Assembly (NCBI GenBank): GCA_918797485.1
Contig: CAKKNE010000001.1
Span: forward strand, 6,257,008 to 6,277,007
Direction of reading: 5' to 3'
Origin: Pelagomonas calceolata
Taxonomy: Eukaryota
DNA length: 20,000 nucleotides
How positions within the stretch are numbered: the stretch's first letter is position 1; every line of letters begins with the position of its first letter. The position numbers were made by a program, and so were the translations under genes. Below the pieces are notes generated by a model. The model was not told the DNA's origin and ran no database searches. It was given only the letters and a program-made list of their open reading frames with translations. Shown here in pieces: positions 16,554 through 20,000 of the stretch.

Positions 16554-17962
16554 CTTTTGCTTACATAGACAGACAACAATACCTTACACATCCAATTCAA
16601 ACCACACCGCAATTCGTGCGCCACCGGATGGTCTGCATCGCGTGGGACGCCAACTCGGTCCCGCAGATACGCCATCGCCGCGTGAGCAGGGGCTACCGGG
16701 ACAGAGCGGGCCGCTGTCGCCGCGGCCGCGTCGACCGAAGCGCGCGTCGTGTCATCTTCGGCAAGCAACCGCGCTGCGACGAGCCGAACAAGCGCATCAA
16801 TGGCAGGGAGCGCTGCCTCGGGCACGTCGACTACATCCGCGTCGGCGAGCGGTGCCGTGGTGCGGTCACGCTCGCGCTTCGTCGGTTTCCGGCAGCCACG
16901 GGCAGCAAAGCGCGCGATGGCATCGGTGTTGCGTGCGAGCAGTGCCGCCGCTTGGCGCCTTCGAGTTGTAGAGTCTTCGAGCCCGTCATCTAAGATCCAC
17001 GCGCCATCGACGAGGTCGCGAATCTCAAATGAATCAAAGCTCTGCCCGCCGAGCTGGACCGGGAGCGAATGCGCGTGCGTATACCAGTCGGCTCGGCGCC
17101 AGTGCCCCCGTTCCGCAAAGCGCTCTGCCCATGCTTGCAGCAACGGATGCCTCGGTGCGGCGTCGATGCCTCGAACCGCGAGCTCGTCATCAGAGCGCAC
17201 GCGACCACCAGCGACCGTCGCATCGCCCTTGAAATAAGCAGCCACCGCGGCCGCGCGCTCGAGCGTCGGCGCCATAGTCGCATCTTCGCAGGACGGTCGT
17301 GTTCCACCAAAGAAATGCCTCCCATCGCTAAGCGTCGCCTCGAGAGCATCGAGTGCAGCGTGGAAGCGCTCGCGTATGCCACGGCGCCGACCGTCGACGA
17401 GCCAGACGCCGTATGCTGTGGCCAGCTCTCGTTCGATGGCAGAAAACGCGTAGTCGAAGCTGACTGGCGGGTGCTCCGGCGAAGGGAACCGCGCTTCATC
17501 GCACAACACACGCATCGCGGCGCGCGACGAGCCGTAGACGCGCCCGTCGACGATTAGGACCGGAAGCGTTGCGTCGGCTCCCGCGACGTCGACGAACTCG
17601 GCCGGCTTCTCGCCATAGCATCGCAGCGGGACGCAGCGAACGACGTGGTCTATCCTTCGCTCGCCGAGCACGATCTCGAACGACTGGCAATAGGGACACC
17701 AATGTGCGGCGTCGCGCCAGAAGACGACTGATGCATCTGCTGCGGCAGTGCGCGCGGCCACGGCGTCGCCACACAGCTGAGAGAGCTCGTCCCACGTCGG
17801 CGCTGCGGGCGCGTCGACCTTGGCGCCAGCAGGCCACACGCGGGCGAGCCGTCGCGCGCGTCGATCATCCGCGGGTGGCGGTTGCGCGAAGCCAGCCCGT
17901 GCACGTTTAGCCGCGAGCGCTGCGCTCGACGCGACGACGCAGGCCAGCCTGAGGACAAGCAT
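16472..17962 (-). CDS. Glutathione S-transferase-like protein with CPYC active-site motif (Cys-GST, cyanobacterial/algal type)
   Basis: RDAAHWCPYCQ, LRCYGEKP, LPVLIVDG, D..MAPTLER, DWYTHAHSLPVQLGG, AYLRDRVGVPRD. Signal-like N-terminus MLVLRLACVVASSAA-L. The last 82 nt overlap the RING gene. Confidence 0.85.
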   Translation of the reverse strand: MLVLRLACVVASSAALAAKRARAGFAQPPPADDRRARRLARVWPAGAKVDAPAAPTWDELSQLCGDAVAARTAAADASVVFWRDAAHWCPYCQSFEIVLGERRIDHVVRCVPLRCYGEKPAEFVDVAGADATLPVLIVDGRVYGSSRAAMRVLCDEARFPSPEHPPVSFDYAFSAIERELATAYGVWLVDGRRRGIRERFHAALDALEATLSDGRHFFGGTRPSCEDATMAPTLERAAAVAAYFKGDATVAGGRVRSDDELAVRGIDAAPRHPLLQAWAERFAERGHWRRADWYTHAHSLPVQLGGQSFDSFEIRDLVDGAWILDDGLEDSTTRRRQAAALLARNTDAIARFAARGCRKPTKRERDRTTAPLADADVVDVPEAALPAIDALVRLVAARLLAEDDTTRASVDAAAATAARSVPVAPAHAAMAYLRDRVGVPRDADHPVAHELRCGLNWMCKVLLSVYVSKSYSALLTTGLRNRSAQRSASAVRCCLA

Positions 17963-18220
17963 GGCTGCAGCTCTCAGCTAGCCGTCAGCAGCCGTAACCT
18001 GGCACTCGCCGCATCGATGCTCAATGAATGAGTGCAGAAGCTGCCATAACTAGCCCCGATGGAGCCCTGCGTGATGCAGCAAGCGTCGGCTTGCATAGCT
18101 TGCTAGTGCCTTTCATGCGCTAGCTCGGAGCTGGCCTGGTCAAACGAGCTGGTACGCGCACATTGCTGACCAGGGCTAGCTATCGGCATCTTCCGCACTC
18201 GTGCGGTCGGCACGAGAGCG

Positions 18221-19078
18221 ATGCTTGCCTTAATTGCAGCTTGCACTGTGCTCAGCGCCAGCGCGCTGCTGCAGCCACCGCGTCGCACCCGTTACGCGAG
18301 CGCGCTGCGCGCTGGCGCCGGCCCGCCGCAGTACGACAAGATCGATGCGACGCTCGTCGCAAACGAGGTGGTCGGGCGCGCCACCAATTTGCTGCGGCTC
18401 GAGAGCGACGCGCCGCTGGACTACAAAGCCGGCCACGTGCTGGCGCTGGAGGTTGAAAAGGACGACGAGTGGCTGCGTGGTCCGTACACCGTGACGCGAG
18501 CGACGGAGAAGACTTTTGACGTGGTGATCCGCGTGTGCGGGAACAAGAGCGAAGTCATGGCCGCGTCGCCCGTCGGATCGCGGTGGCGCTTTGGCGGCAA
18601 GTTCCACGTACCCATTCTCGAGGGCATCGCGGACCGCGCGTCGCGCGTCGTGTGCCTCGCTACTGGCACTGGATTCGGGCCAGTGCTCGGCTTCGCGGAG
18701 GAGGCGATGGCTCATTCGGACCTGAAACTGACGGTTCTCGCTGGGTTCAGAGAGGCGGAGGACGTGTGTTGCAAGGACGCTGTGCAGCGGCTCTGCGTGC
18801 TGCATCCGGAGCGCTTCGAATGCGCGTACGTCATCTCCTCCACCGACGGACGCATCTCATCAGACACAGCGCTCGCATCCATAGCGGACATTGCCGACGC
18901 CGAGACGCATTTCCACTTGATTGGGAACGGGGCGATGGTGAACGAGTGGAAGGAAGGCCTCGCGAAGGCTGGTGTGCCCGAGGACTTTGTCACGACCGAG
19001 ACTTATTTCAACCACAAGGCGGAGGCGGACGCCGAGGTCGTCAAGCGCATCTCCACGAAAATTGCTGCTGGCCGGTAG
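18221..19078 (+). CDS. Ferredoxin-NADP reductase-like FAD/NAD(P)-binding oxidoreductase
   Basis: YKAGH, RGPYTV (RxYT-like), VVCLATGTGFGP (GTGxxP), LAGFR, LIGNGAMV, C-terminal ETYF. Signal MLALIAACTVLSASA-L. Confidence 0.85.
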   Translation: MLALIAACTVLSASALLQPPRRTRYASALRAGAGPPQYDKIDATLVANEVVGRATNLLRLESDAPLDYKAGHVLALEVEKDDEWLRGPYTVTRATEKTFDVVIRVCGNKSEVMAASPVGSRWRFGGKFHVPILEGIADRASRVVCLATGTGFGPVLGFAEEAMAHSDLKLTVLAGFREAEDVCCKDAVQRLCVLHPERFECAYVISSTDGRISSDTALASIADIADAETHFHLIGNGAMVNEWKEGLAKAGVPEDFVTTETYFNHKAEADAEVVKRISTKIAAGR

Positions 19079-19303
19079 ATGGCGTGCTACTAATGTGTTG
19101 TATAGGGTTAACTCCCCCTGGGCACCTCGGCATTTAAGGGGGTTTAGGATTTAATCGACCTGTCGGAGCACCATTTGGCGCTCAGTTGGCCCAAGGTTTT
19201 AATTCCGGCTCAGCCTGCGGTTCTTAGCTCAGTTGGGGAGGTCCATCAGCCGTAGCTAGCCTTCTTTTACTACAATTAAAAGTTTAGCGGCGCGCTGGGC
19301 GCT

Positions 19304-19710
19304 GATGGCTTAGTAGTGTTAGGTTGATTTAGGGTTAGTGTTAGGCAGGGCCCGAAGGGCCCTGCAGATGGCTTAGTAGTGTTAGGCTGATTTAGGGTTA
19401 GTGTTAGGCAGGGCCCGAAGGGCCCTGCAGATGGCTTGGTAGTGTTAGGCTGATTTAGGGTTAGTGTTAGGCAGGGCCCGAAGGGCCCTGCAGATGGCTT
19501 GGTAGTGTTAGGCTGATTTAGGGTTAGTGTTAGGCAGGGCCCGAAGGGCCCTGCAGATGGCTTAGTAGTGTTAGGCTGATTTAGGGTTAGTGTTAGGCAG
19601 GGCCCGAAGGGCCCTGCAGATGGCTTAGTAGTGTTAGTTAGGCTGATTTAGGGTTAGTGTTAGGCAGGGCCCGAAGGGCCCTGCAGATGGCTTGGTAGTG
19701 TTAGGCTGAT
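19304..19710 (+). repeat. Subtelomeric 63-bp tandem repeat, 6 full units plus a partial seventh
   Basis: Unit GATGGCTT(A/G)GTAGTGTTAGGCTGATTTAGGGTTAGTGTTAGGCAGGGCCCGAAGGGCCCTGCA, starting at 19304, 19367, 19430, 19493, 19556, 19619 (67 bp, 4-nt insertion) and 19686 (partial). Confidence 0.97.
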
Positions 19711-20000
19711 TTAGGGTTAGGGTTAGGGTTAGGGTTAGGGTTAGGGTTAGGGTTAGGGTTAGGGTTAGGGTTAGGGTTAGGGTTAGGGTTAGGGTTAGGG
19801 TTAGGGTTAGGGTTAGGGTTAGGGTTAGGGTTAGGGTTAGGGTTAGGGTTAGGGTTAGGGTTAGGGTTAGGGTTAGGGTTAGGGTTAGGGTTAGGGTTAG
19901 GGTTAGGGTTAGGGTTAGGGTTAGGGTTAGGGTTAGGGTTAGGGTTAGGGTTAGGGTTAGGGTTAGGGTTAGGGTTAGGGTTAGGGTTAGGTTAGGGTTA
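19711..20000 (+). repeat. Telomeric (TTAGGG)n array
   Basis: About 48 consecutive TTAGGG units running to the window end, G-rich strand oriented 5'->3' outward. One TTAGG variant at 19987. Confidence 0.99.

Noticed and set aside
6859..19078. Bacterial operon or contaminant (intronless, bacterial-like enzyme families)
   Set aside because: Alternating strands, spliceosomal introns, eukaryotic genes (RS, RING, TPP II), targeting presequences and the telomere indicate a nuclear chromosome.
19165..19260. Intact or permuted tRNA gene
   Set aside because: Only A-box-like text is present. There is no GTTCRA T-loop (GGTTTTAATTCC is a poor match) and no acceptor or anticodon stem could be paired.
19301..19370. 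Hammerhead ribozyme in the repeat (CTGAT...CGAA)
   Set aside because: The core CUGANGA and GAAA are not present, and no three-stem arrangement is evident.
19304..19710. CRISPR array (palindromic repeat at regular spacing)
   Set aside because: The intervening sequences are near-identical rather than unique spacers, there are no cas genes, and the context is a eukaryotic telomere.
19987..19991. TTAGG variant within the telomere
   Set aside because: A single-base loss at the contig end is most simply a sequencing or consensus error.

Overview
Right-hand end of a eukaryotic chromosome. The window holds 12 densely packed, GC- and CpG-rich protein-coding genes, then a 63-bp subtelomeric tandem repeat (19304-19710) and a (TTAGGG)n telomere (19711-20000). 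Signal peptide plus F/L presequences, very short introns, GC-AG donors and the base composition suggest a photosynthetic stramenopile, probably a pelagophyte (inference). Genes in order: a spliced RS-rich protein (runs off the left edge), a disordered hypothetical protein, tripeptidyl-peptidase II, an AhpC/TSA-like protein, a triosephosphate isomerase fused to an SMP-30/gluconolactonase domain, a 2OG-Fe(II) oxygenase, an EF-hand membrane protein, an ABC1/ADCK kinase, a histidine phosphatase, an RWD-like/RING protein, a CPYC GST-like protein and an FNR-like oxidoreductase. Best leads: (1) the plastid-type TPI-lactonase fusion, visible only after splicing a probable GC-AG intron; (2) the subtelomeric repeat of degenerate telomere hexamers plus a perfect C-GAA-G hairpin, with the telomere starting in register inside its last unit; (3) a TPP II with a plastid-type presequence; (4) three 14-aa-spaced TQT (LC8-type) motifs in the hypothetical protein.
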